A DNA stretch of 64,000 bases from an uncultured delta proteobacterium (GTDB taxonomy: Bacteria; Desulfobacterota; Binatia; UBA9968), in the NCBI GenBank assembly GCA_963816145.1, contig CAWFJP010000031.1, positions 1 through 64,000 of the forward strand. Direction: 5' to 3'. Positions within the stretch are counted from its first letter, which is position 1, and every line of letters starts with the position of its first letter. The translations under genes and the position numbers were made by a program. This document shows, piece after piece, positions 20,477 through 31,991 of this stretch. A model generated the notes under the pieces. It did not search any database. It was given only the letters and a program-made list of their open reading frames with translations, and had not been told where the DNA came from.

Positions 20477-21613
20477 ATGGCGGATAAGAAGACGCGCGCC
20501 GTCAGCAAGCGAACTCGGGTATCGGAGCGCAAGCAGCGAGGCCGTGTCGACCGTGGCGCGATGTTTCCCGTGCCGCCGCCTGCTAGCGACGCGCCGCCGG
20601 ACTACGCGGCTTGGCTCGCCGACCTCAAGTCGCGCATTTATCAGGAGCGCCTGCGCGTGGTACTCGCCAGCAATTCCGTCATGGTGCTGCTGTACTGGGA
20701 CATCGGGCGCAGCATCCTCGACAAACAGGCGAACCAGGGCTGGGGCACCCGCGTCATTGACCGCCTTGCCGTGGATCTGCGCGACGCTTTCCCGGAGATG
20801 AAAGGGTTCTCGCCGCGCAATCTCAAGTATATGCGCGCCTTCGCGGCGGCGTGGCCCGAGCGGGAAATTGTGCAACACACCGTTGCACAATTGAGTTGGC
20901 GGCAAAACCTCGCCCTTATCGAGAAGCTCGCCGACTCCCGCGACCGGCTCTGGTATGCCGCGAAGACGCTTGAGCATGGCTGGTCCAGCAATATTCTCAC
21001 GCTCCAGATCGAGGCTCAGGCGCACCGGCGGCAAGGCAGGGCGCAATCCAATTTCCCAGCCACATTGCCGCCGCCGGATTCCGATATGGCGGTGCAGATT
21101 TTTAAGGACCCTTATCTCTTCGATTTCCTCGGAACCGACGCACCGCGCCGCGAGGCCGAACTTGAGCAGGGTTTGGTAACGCATATCCAGAAGTTCTTGT
21201 TGGAACTGGGACAGGGCTTTGCCTTCGTGGGTCGACAGGTGCATCTGGAGATCGGCGGCGACGACTTCTATCTCGACCTGCTCTTTTATCACCTCAAGCT
21301 TCGCCGGTATGTGGTGATAGAGCTCAAGGCCCGCAAATTCCAACCCGGTGACGGCGCGCAACTCGGTATGTACATGACCGCGGTCGACCGGCTGCTATGC
21401 CACCCTGACGACAAGCCGACCCTGGGCTTGCTGCTGGTGCGCGACAAGAACCGCGTTTTGGTCGAGTACGCCCTCGGTGGCAACACAAAACCGATCGGCG
21501 TAGCCAAATGGGACACGCAGCTCACTCATTCCCTGCCCAAGGAACTCCAGGCGAGCTTGCCGACCATTGAGCAGATTGAAGCGGAGCTAAGCCGCGATGA
21601 GGATCGCCGATGA
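20477..21613 (+). CDS. YhcG/DUF1016 PDDEXK nuclease-domain protein
   Basis: LYWDIG, GFSPRNLKYMRAFA, FKDPYLFDFL, LLELGQGFAFVGRQ, DLLFYHLKLRRYVVIELK; AAGGAG RBS. Confidence 0.9.
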   Translation: MADKKTRAVSKRTRVSERKQRGRVDRGAMFPVPPPASDAPPDYAAWLADLKSRIYQERLRVVLASNSVMVLLYWDIGRSILDKQANQGWGTRVIDRLAVDLRDAFPEMKGFSPRNLKYMRAFAAAWPEREIVQHTVAQLSWRQNLALIEKLADSRDRLWYAAKTLEHGWSSNILTLQIEAQAHRRQGRAQSNFPATLPPPDSDMAVQIFKDPYLFDFLGTDAPRREAELEQGLVTHIQKFLLELGQGFAFVGRQVHLEIGGDDFYLDLLFYHLKLRRYVVIELKARKFQPGDGAQLGMYMTAVDRLLCHPDDKPTLGLLLVRDKNRVLVEYALGGNTKPIGVAKWDTQLTHSLPKELQASLPTIEQIEAELSRDEDRR

Positions 21614-21670
21614 AGCGACTCGCCGCGACACTGCGCGAGCAGTAGGCGGAAGCCGCGAAGCTGGACGCGG
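21610..21670 (+). pseudogene. Fragment resembling the C-terminus of a type I HsdM
   Basis: MKRLAATLREQ*AEAAKLDA resembles the C-terminal helix recalled from HsdM proteins. Confidence 0.5.
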
Positions 21671-21995
21671 TGCGCACAGAGGTTAATTTCGTTTGACCTT
21701 CGACCTCGGCGTCAATGAGCGAAAGTTTTAGCAGGCAAACCGCGAAATAAAGCCAGTGACGGGCTGAGTAGTGCGCCGGCAAAAGTTTTTTTTCTTGGAT
21801 TCATTTCGGGTATGGCGGCAGAGTTTATTTAGCCAAATAACCGCGCCTTGAAGACGCCGTCGACTGTAGACAAATTGATTCTGGATGGCAACTAGCTATG
21901 GATCAGTGTGTCTGTTTCACAATATGTCATGATCAGTTGCCATTAACCTTGCGCCAATCCTACCCTTGTCAGAGCGCCTGTCATTCCAGTAAAGT
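21667..21995. repeat. Copy 2 of the duplicated segment, with a truncated and frameshifted 5' end of the binding-protein gene (21667-21804, minus)
   Basis: Encodes WLYFAVCLLKLSLIDAEVEGQTKLTSVRTA versus WLCFAVCLLNLLLIRAEVKAQTKLTPVRTA in the intact gene. Confidence 0.85.
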
Positions 21996-22061
21996 AATCC
22001 GAGTATCGATCGAGTGAGTTGTCCTACAACCTCATGGATTATTAATTTCCGATCGCGACGC

Positions 22062-24453
22062 ATGAATAAAAAAGACCTTAGCGAACGCGACATCTGCACC
22101 AAGTTCATCACGCCGAACCTTGTGGCAGCGGGTTGGGACATCGACACTCAGGTTCGCGAGGAAGTCGGTTTCACCGATGGGCGAATCTATGTCCGTGGAA
22201 AACTCCATGCGCGCGGAGCACAAAAGCGGGCTGACTACATCCTTTATTACAAGCCCAACATCCCAATCGCCGTCATCGAGGCGAAGGACAACAATCACTC
22301 GGTCAGCGCCGGTATTCAGCAGGCCCTCGGTTATGCTCAAACGCTCGACGTTCCGTTCGTCTTCAGCAGCAATGGCGACGCATTCCTCTTTCACGACCGA
22401 GACGGTTATAGCGGGTGCCATTGAGACCGAACTCCCGCTCACCGCTTTCCCTTCCCCCGAGCAGCTCTGGCAGAAATACAAAATCTTCAAAGGCATTCCG
22501 GACGACGTCGAACCCGTTGTCGCTCAGGATTACTTTTCTGAGGATTCGAATCGTTCACCCCGCTACTACCAGCAGATCGCGATCAATCGGACGGTGGAGG
22601 CGATTGCGCGCAACGAGGGCAACAACCGCTATCTACTCGTCATGGCGACGGGCACCGGGAAGACTTACACCGCCTTCCAGATTATTTACCGCCTGTGGAA
22701 GAGCGGCCTGAAGAAGCGCATCCTCTTTCTGGCCGACCGCACAGCGCTCATTGATCAGACGGTTCGCGGCGATTTTAGCCATTTCAAGGAGGCGATGACG
22801 GTCATCAAGCACAAGCAGATCGACACCGCCTACAACATCTACCTCGCCCTTTACCAGGGGCTCTCCGACAACAAAGACGAACGACGCCTACAAGCAGTTC
22901 AGCCCGGAGTTCTTCGATCTCGTCATCGTGGATGAGTGCCATCGCGGCAGCGCCCGCGAGGACAGCAAGTGGCGTGAGATTCTGGAATACTTCAACGGGG
23001 CCACTCATATCGGCCTGACCGCCACACCGAAGGAGACCAAGGAAGTCTCCAGCACCGATACTTTGGCGACCCGCTCTACACTTACTCGCTCAAGCAGGGA
23101 ATCGACGATGGCTTCCTCGCTCCCTACAAGGTCATCGGTCGACCTCGACATTGACGCTGGAAGGCTGGCGACCCCCGAAGGGATTCAAGGACAAGGACGG
23201 CAAGATCGTCGAAGACCGCATCTACAACCGCACCGACTTCGACAAGCACCTTGTCGTCGAGGAACGACGCCAGCTCGTCGCGCAGAAGATCACGGAGTTT
23301 CTCAAGGGCAGCAACCGCTTCTCCAAGACCATCGTCTTCTGCGTGGACATCGAGCACGCCGAGGGGATGCGCAAGGAGTTGGCCAACGCCAACGCCGATC
23401 TCGTCGCTGCCAACAGCAAATATGTGATGCAGATCACGGGAGACAACGAAGAGGGCAAGCGCCACCTGGATGACTTCATCAGTCCCACCGAGCCTTACCC
23501 TGTGATCGCCACCACGTCGAAGCTCATGACCACGGGCGTGGACGCGCAGACCTGCAAGCTCATCGTCCTCGACTCGAACATCGGCTCGATGACTGAGTTC
23601 AAGCAGATCATCGGGCGTGGCACCCGCATCAATGAGGACTTCGGGAAACACTACTTCACGATCATGGACTTCCGGAACGTGACGGCGCTCTTCGCGGACA
23701 AGGATTTCGATGGCGATCCTGTCCGGGTAAAGGAAGCTGGCGAGAAGGACGACATCTCCGATGCCGAGAATGAGACCGACGAGCACACCGGTAACCGACG
23801 ACCTAACCGGAGATGAAGTCGACTTCCCACGAGCCAGAGAAGCCGGACATCACAATCATTGCCGACGATCCGGCCGAATATCGTGCGCGCCGCAAAGTGA
23901 TTGTTAACGGCGTCGAAGTCAACATCATCAAAGAACGCGTTCAATACATGGGCGACGACGGTAAGATAATTACTGAGAGCCTGCGCGACTATACTCGCAA
24001 GAACATTCGCACAGTCCTACGCTACGCTCGATTCGTTTCTCACGTCATGGACGCAAACTGACAAGAAACGCGCGATTGTCGAAGAACTGGAGAAGCAAGG
24101 CGTGATCTTTGCCGCCTTGAATGAGGAGATCGGTTCAGCGTTCGATCCGTTCGACTTAATCTGCCACGTTGCATACGAGCAAAAACCGCTCACTCGCAAG
24201 GAGCGCGCTGAGCGGGTGAAGAAACGCGATTACTTCACCAAATACGGCGACCTCGCCCGTAAGGTGATCAGCCGCGCTACTCGACAAATATGCTGACGAC
24301 GGCGTGCTGGATTTGGAAAACCCGGAGATCATCCGGCTCGACCCTCTCAACAGACTCGGATCCCCGGTGGAAATCATCCGCGCCTTCGGCGGCAAGTCCG
24401 CCTATGACGCGGCCATCCATGCGCTGACCGACGAACTTTATAAAGCCGCCTGA
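22062..24453 (+). pseudogene. hsdR: Type I restriction subunit R (EcoEI/EcoAI-like), multiple frameshifts
   Basis: [59 protein letters not shown] spread over several frames. Confidence 0.85.
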
Positions 24454-24465
24454 ACCAAGGACCAA

Positions 24466-25901
24466 ATGCCCAACATCTCCTCCATCATCAAAAACGTCCG
24501 CAACATCATGCGGCAGGATCGCGGCGTCTCCGGTGACGCCCAGCGCTTGGAACAGCTCGGGTGGATGCTCTTCCTGAAAATCCTCGACGAGAAAGATCAG
24601 GAACTCGAACTCATCCGCGAGCGCTACAAATCCGTCATCCCGGAGAAATTCCAGTGGCGGAACTGGGCCACCGACCCGGAAGGCATCACCGGCGACGAGC
24701 TGATCCTTTTCATCGACCACCCGACCGATGGGCTTTTCGCCACTCTCAAGAATCTAAATGCGCCACATGCCCCGCAGCGCGCCGCGCTCGTCCGCGAAGT
24801 CTTCGACGGCTCGAACAACTACATGAAGTCCGGCTACGAGATGCGGAAGGTCATCAACCAGCTCAATGGCTTCGACTTCAACAACTCCGACGACCGCCAC
24901 ATCTTCGGCACCGTCTATGAATCCATCCTCATCGAATTGCGCGACGCCGGCAACAAGGGCGAATACTACACGCCGCGCGCCATTACCCAGCTCATGACGC
25001 AGATGACCGCGCCCAGCCTCGGCGAAAAAATTCTCGACCCCGCCGCCGGCACCGGCGGTTTCCTCAGCGCCGCCATCGATTTCATCCGGGAAAAAGAAGT
25101 CCGCACCCTCGACGACGAAGCCGTCCTCCAGAAATCGATCACCGGCTGGGAGCTGAAGCCCGTCTCCTACGTCCTCGGCCTCACGAATCTCATCCTGCAC
25201 GGCATCGACGTGCCGGACTGGCATTACCTCGACAGCCTCAAGACCGAATACAACTCCATCGGCCCGAAGCAGCAGGTGGACGTCATCCTCGCCAATCCGC
25301 CGTTCGGCGCCAGCATCGCCGACGGCGTGGAGACGAACTTCCCGCAGTCCTTCCGCTGCCGGGAATCCGCCGACCTCTTCGTCATCCTCATGATCCAGTT
25401 GCTCAAGCCCGGTGGCCGCTGCGCCATCGTGCTGCCCGACGGCTGCATCACCGGCGACGGCTACAAGGAGCGCATCCGCGAAAAGCTCCTCACCGACTGC
25501 AACCTCCACACCATCGTCCGCCTCCCGCAGTCCACCTTCCACCCCGCCACCGTCTCCACGAACCTGCTGTTCTTCCAGAAAGGCACGCCGACGAAGGAAA
25601 TCTGGTATTACGAGCACCGCTTGCCCGAGGGGCAGAAGAGCTACTCCAAAACCAAGACCATCCAGTTCGACGAGTTCGCGCCCATGATCGAATGGTGGGA
25701 CAAGCGCGAGGAAAGCGATGTCGCGTGGCGCGTGAAGGTCGGGGATTTGAAGAAGGGCTTTGATCTGGATGTGAAGAATCCAAACTCCACCATCGAGGAG
25801 CACGATCACACTGTCGAAGGCTGCTGCATCAATTGGCCAAGCGGCAGCAAATGATCAGCCAGCTCGTCACTCAGTTGGAATCGTCGCTCAAAGCAAATTG
25901 A
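24466..25901 (+). CDS. hsdM: Type I RM methyltransferase subunit M (probable frameshift near 25820)
   Basis: GEYYTPR, DPAAGTGGFL, ANPPFG (m6A), LHTIVRLP, IWYYEH. Confidence 0.9.
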
Positions 25902-25903
25902 TC

Positions 25904-27233
25904 GTGGCACGTCTCGGTGATTACATTCGGGAAGAGTGCCAACCCACTCGGCTCTTCAGGGGCACAAGACCTCCGTCTTATCGGCGTGAGCAATGAGCAC
26001 GGTTTGCACGCCAGCTCGCGCGATACCTCGGACGATCTCGCACGCTACCAGCGCATCGAAAGAGATTGGTTCGCTACAATCCCATGAGGGTGAACGTCGG
26101 TTCCATCGGGCTTGCCGATGATGATTCAAAGACCGGCTTCACCAGCCCGGACTACACCGTCTTCTCCTGCCGCAAGGGACTTGACCCGCACTATCTGCTG
26201 ACACTTTCTCAAGAGCGACTACGGACTCGAAGCCATCGCCCGCAATTGCTCCGGTGCCGTGCGCAAGCGGCTTTACTACTCCGGTCTCGCTGAGATCGAA
26301 CTGCCGTTCCAGAGATCGACGGAGCAGCGCGCCTTGGTCGCGAGGATTCACAGCATCAGCGAAACGATCCGCTTCATCCGTGAGCAGAACAGCGATCGCC
26401 ATGAACTGCCCAAGCTCAAGCAAGCCATCCTGCAGGAGGCGATTCAGGGCAAGCTGACCGCCGACTGGCGCGCTGCCCACCCGGACGTGGAACCCGCGAG
26501 CCAGCTCCTCCACCGCATCCAAGCCGAAAAAGCCCGCCTCATCGCCGCCAAGAAACTCCGCCCCGAAAAACCCCTGCCCCAAATCACCGCCGCCGAAATT
26601 CCCTTCGAGATTCCGAAAGGGTGGGAGTGGTGCCGACTTGGAGAAGTTGGTCATCTTCCAAGGCGGATGCAGCTCAAGTGCGAACGACCGGAGCACGGCA
26701 ACGACGCGGCGACTTCATACGGCCCGTGACTGTCCGGATTTTGGCTTGAACGGGAAAACCAGTTCCTCGCACGGAGCACACAAGACGCGTTGCGAAAGTC
26801 GAAACCGAGACCTGCTCTTACCATGAGATCGGTGATCGGCGGATCAAAAGGTCTTACTGGAACGTGTCGCTATCGATCGCGGCATTGCGGCCGATTCTAA
26901 TTCTGGCTCTCATTCGATAGCGTTGCATTCTGATGCATTTCCTCAATTAAGAATACGATCGCCAGCTTCGCGGACGTTTCACTCACGCACGGCGTGATTC
27001 AAGGGATTGCGCCGAGCAAATCGGCATCGAAGAACAACCTGAAACGAGGTGAGCTATCGAAGAAGCCCGTCCCCTTTCCACCCCTCTCCGAGCAAACCGC
27101 CATCGTGGAGCGAGTGGAGGCGCTGATGACGACCTGCCGCGCGCTGGAAGCGGAGATCGAGCACTCCCGCACCCACGCCGCCCACCTCCTTCAAGCCGTC
27201 CTCAAAGAAGCTTTCGCGCCGGCCTCATTATGA
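25904..27233 (+). pseudogene. hsdS: Type I RM specificity subunit S, heavily frameshifted
   Basis: YNPMRVNVGSIG, LKQAILQEAIQGKL, EIPFEIPKGWEWCRLGE, PPLSEQTAIVERVEALM, LLQAVLKEAF. Confidence 0.82.
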
Positions 27234-27685
27234 GCACCGAAGATCAAGTCGTGGCACTCGCCGCTCAGGCTCACAGCACCGGTTGGTCGGTAGGGAATGA
27301 CGTGTCGGCGCAGACCAGGAAGGCGCAGCAGACCTGCAAGCAATGGCAGCAATCGGTCAAGGAAAGATTCGGCAACCGTTTCCAGGATGAGTGCAGTATC
27401 GACGGGGAGAAAGGCGCACCGTCACAGAAGATCGATTTGGTAGATGTCGAGGATCGTGTCGCCTACGAACTTAAGGCGTCGCCGAACAATGTCCACATGG
27501 AGATCTACCGCGACGTGTTCAAGGCCCTGGTTTTCAACGAGCGAAATCCGAAAGAGCGTATTACGACTCTCATTTTCATCGCGCCGAAAGCAGGAATTCA
27601 GAAACTCGGAATGGCATTCCCCAAGGACGTCCAATCCATTTCCGCCAGACTGGGCTTGGCTCTTAAGCTGCGGGAATTGCCATGA
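27230..27685 (+). CDS. Hypothetical protein, possible PD-(D/E)XK nuclease fold
   Basis: KIDLVD...AYELK pattern; overlaps both neighbours by 4 bp. Confidence 0.55.
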   Translation: MSTEDQVVALAAQAHSTGWSVGNDVSAQTRKAQQTCKQWQQSVKERFGNRFQDECSIDGEKGAPSQKIDLVDVEDRVAYELKASPNNVHMEIYRDVFKALVFNERNPKERITTLIFIAPKAGIQKLGMAFPKDVQSISARLGLALKLRELP

Positions 27686-28659
27686 AAGCCAGATCTAAAG
27701 AGCTTTTGGACCGAGCCATCGCCGCCACGGTGTCCGCCATTGAGGTCTACAACAAGCCGGATTTCCTTTATCGCGAAGAAGCCTTCGCGGTGCTCGCCAT
27801 CAATGGCTGGGAACTTCTGCTCAAAGCAAAATGGTTGGCGGATCACGATAATCGGATTCGGTCGCTCTATGTCATGGAGCCTCGCTCCAAACTGGACGGC
27901 ACCAAGAGTAAGAAGTTACAGATCAAACTGACTCGATCAGGCAACCCGTTTACCCACAGTCTCGATTTCCTTGCCAAGAAACTGGTCGAGGCGGGAGCTT
28001 TTGACAGTAACGCATGGGCCAATCTCCAGTTGTTGCTGGAGATGCGCGACTCCTCAATCCACTTCTACAATCTTTCGGGCGCGTTTCCCGTGCGCCTTCA
28101 GGAAATCGGCACCGCGAGCCTGAAAAACTTCGTTGCTGCTACCAATAGCTGGTTTGGGCGGGACATGTCGGAGTTCAACTTCTACCTGATGCCGCTGTCC
28201 TTTATAACCCTTCCTCAACAATCTGATGCTATCGTGCTCAATCACGAAGAAAAGAAGTTCCTCGCCTTTGTCGATAGTCTCGAACGTGCAGACGAAGATG
28301 CGAATTCGCTATATTCCGTTACGGTGAACATTGACGTAAAGTTCACACGATCGAAGGCGAAGGATGCGCTCGGTATTCACGTCACCAACAATCCGAACGC
28401 ACCCGAAGTCCGGCTTACCGAAGAACAGATTCGAGAGCGTTACCCGTGGGACTATGATCGATTGACGGAAGAATGCCGGAAGCGGTACACCGACTTCAAA
28501 GCGGTGCAGAAATACCACGACATCCGAAAGCGGCTTCTCAAGGAAAAGCGTTTCGGTGATATCCGGTATCTGGATCCAGGAAATCCTAAGAGCCCCAAGA
28601 AACCGTTATTCAATCCAAACATTATGCAAGAACTGGATAAGCACTATACAAAGAAATGA
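27682..28659 (+). CDS. DUF3644-domain protein
   Basis: AIEVYNKPDFLYREEAFAVLAINGWELLLKA N-terminus; RDSSIH (RxxxxH, HEPN-like). Confidence 0.75.
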   Translation: MKARSKELLDRAIAATVSAIEVYNKPDFLYREEAFAVLAINGWELLLKAKWLADHDNRIRSLYVMEPRSKLDGTKSKKLQIKLTRSGNPFTHSLDFLAKKLVEAGAFDSNAWANLQLLLEMRDSSIHFYNLSGAFPVRLQEIGTASLKNFVAATNSWFGRDMSEFNFYLMPLSFITLPQQSDAIVLNHEEKKFLAFVDSLERADEDANSLYSVTVNIDVKFTRSKAKDALGIHVTNNPNAPEVRLTEEQIRERYPWDYDRLTEECRKRYTDFKAVQKYHDIRKRLLKEKRFGDIRYLDPGNPKSPKKPLFNPNIMQELDKHYTKK

Positions 28660-28851
28660 GGGCGGGAGGCGGGGACAAGGGATAGGCAATTTCCCGTTGA
28701 AGGGCCGACGGCTCGTGTGTGAGAATGCCTTCGCACCGATAAGTTTCACAGGCGGGCAGGCGGCCTTGCTATAATGATCTGAATCAATCTTGGATTTTGT
28801 TGCGAAAGGTGAACCGGACGCGCGCTTGAAGAAGAGATATCGGAAACTCTG

Positions 28852-29010
28852 ATGGCAATTCAGTTGACTGACGCGGAGATTATTAGCCTACTCTCAGAGC
28901 CCAAAGCTCTGCCCTCCGACTATCAATCGCGACTGCAACTACGGGCTAAAACCGGCCATAAGGAACGGGAGCTGGAAACCAAACGGGATGATCTCTCGGC
29001 AGACATTTAA
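28852..29010 (+). pseudogene. Short ORF, probable truncated N-terminus of an island hypothetical protein
   Basis: MAIQLTDAEIISLLSEPKALPSDYQSRLQLRAKTGHKERELETKRDDLSADI*, 52 aa. Confidence 0.4.
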
Positions 29011-29134
29011 GGAGACGTGGGTGACAGTGCTTTCGGTTAGCGCAGTGAATTCGCACGAGACTTATGGCAAACCGGCCGCGTTGAAGACATCGCTGTGGCG
29101 CCATGCCTTCACCGGTAAACTTTAGAAAAATCCC

Positions 29135-30184
29135 ATGCCCGAAAACCCGCCGCCGCAATCCAGCATCATCCTCTACCAGACGGAGGATGGCCGGACGCGA
29201 ATTCAGTGCCGGTTTGAAAACGAAACGATTTGGCTCACGCAGGCGTTGATCGCGGAACTGTTTCAAGTGACGGTGCCGACGGTCAACGAACATCTGAAAG
29301 GTATCTTTGCCGAGGGCGAGCTGGCCGAGGATGCAACTATTCGGAAATTCCGAATAGTTCGATCCGAAGGCGCCCGACAGGTCACGCGTGAAATCGAGCA
29401 CTACAGCTTGCCCGCCATCCTCGCGGTCGGCTACCGGGTGCGCAGCCATCGCGGCACGCAGTTCCGCCAGTGGGCGACGGCGCGATTGAGTGAGTATCTG
29501 GTCAAGGGTTTCACGATGGACGACGAGCGGCTGAAGAATCCGCCGGGCCAGGGCCAGACGGATTACTTCGACGAGCTGCTGGAGCGCATCCGCGACATCC
29601 GCTCCTAGTGAGCGGCGTTTCTATCAAAAGGTGCTCGATATTTACGCGACGAGCGTCGACTACACGCCAACACGGAGATGTCGCAGCAGTTCTTCGCCAC
29701 GGTGCAGAACAAGATGCACTGGGCCGCGCACGGCCACACGGCGGCGGAAGTGATTCATCAGCGCGCCGATGCGGCGCAGCCGTTGATGGGGCTCAAGAGC
29801 ACGCGTCCCGGCAAAGTTATTCGCCGAGAAGATGTTACCGTCGCAAAAAACTATCTCAGCGAAGTGGAGCTGCAAACGCTCAATCGGATCGTCAGCCTGT
29901 ATATCGAGTTCGCCGAACTCCAGGCGCTCGACCGCAAGCCGATGACGATGCGCGACTGGATAGCAAAGCTGGATGAATTCCTAAAGGTTTCCGGGCGCGA
30001 GTTGCTGGATCACGCGGGAAAGATTTCCGCCGAGACGGCCAGAGCCAAGGCGGAACGCGAATACGACCGTTACCGGGCGTTGACCGACGCCCAGCCGCGT
30101 CCGGTCGATGCCGATTTCGAACAGGCCGCGAAGCAGTTGCAAAAAATGCCGCGTCCGAAGAAACTCAAGAAGCCCAAATCATGA
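29135..30184 (+). CDS. RhuM-family protein (frameshifts near 29607 and 29668)
   Basis: IILYQTEDG, IWLTQ, AVGYRVRSHRGTQFRQWAT, DYFDELLERIRDIRS, FFATVQNKMHWA, AKNYL. Confidence 0.85.
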
Positions 30185-30473
30185 ACGGAGCCGAAGCCTA
30201 ATGCCTCGATTACATCTCTCAACAACTGTACGTGCGCAAAGTGGCGGGTAAGGTAGCCTTCAACCATGCGGTGGAAATGGCTGCTGTAGCTAGGTGCCGT
30301 TCTGGGCCTGATTTCTCTTTAAGTGCAAACCCGTCCAGGGACTGGGATATTCTATAAGCTACTAAGTTTCAAAGAATTTCTTCTTTAAAAGCAAAACCGG
30401 TTGAACCAAGCCGAAACCAGAGCCCAAAGCTCGCTCTAACCCAGAAACGCCTTCTCAAACGGGGCGGTCTAAT

Positions 30474-31250
30474 ATGAAAATTCTATATCTAGATTGGCAA
30501 GACCCGCATTCTCGGCAATGGATTCCCGTGGGAAAACTGAGCGCCGAGGACGGTATCTATCGGTTCGTTTACACGAAGGGTGCAGTGCTGTCTGAAAACT
30601 TCATTCGATTTGGCTTTATGCAGGACTTGCATGAAGTCTATAGATCTCGGGATTTGTTTCCATTGTTTGCCAATCGTCTCATTTCTAGGAAGCGACCGGA
30701 ATACCGGGATTTTCTCCGTTGGCTCGACCTCGTCGAAGAAGAGGCTGATCCCTTGGTCTTGCTTGCCCGTACCGAAGGGGTTCGAGAGACCGACTCGTTA
30801 ACAGTCTTTCCTTGCCCCGAACCGGACAATGACGGCAAATACGTCGTTCATTTCTTTAGTCACGGCCTGCGTCACCTATCGGACGATGCGCGGGTTCGGA
30901 TCAACGCCCTTCGCGCTGGTGATAGATTGTATCTTTTGCCGGACCCGCAAAATCCTCACGATGATTATGCGATTGCGCTCCGAACGGACGATCCCGCAAC
31001 CATCGTGGGGTATTGTCCAAGGTATATTTCTCGCGATTTCCTAGAGATTCTTAAAAGCAAATCCGACGCCGTTAGGGTCTGCGTGAAACGGGTGAACACT
31101 GACGCGCCGATTCAGCTACGATTGCTCTGTACCCTAACAGCAGACTGGCCGGAAAAATTTAAGCCTTGTTCGAGCGACTATTATCAAGAACTAGGTAATG
31201 ATGAAGACGCCACCCCAGCTCATGCAGCCTTGAACGACCTACCTGTATAG
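30474..31250 (+). CDS. HIRAN-domain protein
   Basis: WQDPHSRQWIPVGKL, LFPLFANR, PDPQNPHDDYAI, VGYCPRY. Confidence 0.78.
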   Translation: MKILYLDWQDPHSRQWIPVGKLSAEDGIYRFVYTKGAVLSENFIRFGFMQDLHEVYRSRDLFPLFANRLISRKRPEYRDFLRWLDLVEEEADPLVLLARTEGVRETDSLTVFPCPEPDNDGKYVVHFFSHGLRHLSDDARVRINALRAGDRLYLLPDPQNPHDDYAIALRTDDPATIVGYCPRYISRDFLEILKSKSDAVRVCVKRVNTDAPIQLRLLCTLTADWPEKFKPCSSDYYQELGNDEDATPAHAALNDLPV

Positions 31251-31579
31251 TTCCATAGTACTACGTCAACTCGAGCTCAATTGAGCCAGACGGTGCCGAT
31301 GTCAGCGGCAACTGGCGCGAACACAAGGAAAGCAATGAACACAACGGCTGCCGTTTCTTATTGATCGGAACGGCAATCTTTGCATCGTCAGATGTTTTAT
31401 TACGCCGATTTGACGGCGAGATATATGTGCCCCGGCGGAATCGCGCTGACTGTAGCAAAATTACGCTGCTTCGCAAACTTAGCGGCTTGTGTGAGGCGTC
31501 AAGCTGGTTGAATCTGCTAAACATTTGTGGTTATAAAGGGACCGTTATTTGTCTGTCAACGTAACTACGGGAACTTACG

Positions 31580-31966
31580 ATGTTATTTGATTTCGCTAAC
31601 GTCCTGGTGTTCACCGCGCTGGGTCTTGGATTCGTCGGCGTCAATCTGTTGATCGGCAAATTGTTGCGGCCGGCCAATCCTCAGACACGCAAGCTGTCGA
31701 CCTACGAGTGCGGCGAGCCGTCCACCGGCAGCGCTTGGGTCAACTTCAATATCCGTTTTTATCTGGTAGCATTAGTATTCATCATCTTCGAAGTTGAAAT
31801 CGCCTTTGTGTTTCCTGTGGCGGCGGTGTTCCGCCGCTGGGTGGAAGGCGGCGTCGGGCTGTTTGCGCTGGTCGAAGTGCTCATGTTCGTCGGCATTCTG
31901 TTTCTTGGTTTGATTTACGCCTGGGTCAAGGGCGACCTGGACTGGGTGAAGAAGGTCAAGGCATAA
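31580..31966 (+). CDS. nuoA: NADH-quinone oxidoreductase subunit A
   Basis: [25 protein letters not shown]. Confidence 0.93.
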   Translation: MLFDFANVLVFTALGLGFVGVNLLIGKLLRPANPQTRKLSTYECGEPSTGSAWVNFNIRFYLVALVFIIFEVEIAFVFPVAAVFRRWVEGGVGLFALVEVLMFVGILFLGLIYAWVKGDLDWVKKVKA

Positions 31967-31991
31967 TCGCCTTGGCGATCGGAGTCTTTCT

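Noticed and set aside
24754-25809. Long antisense ORFs (also 15327-16334, 41188-42066, 49174-50295, 57483-58709)
   Set aside because: Shadow or alternative-frame ORFs of GC-rich genes, with no recognisable motifs.
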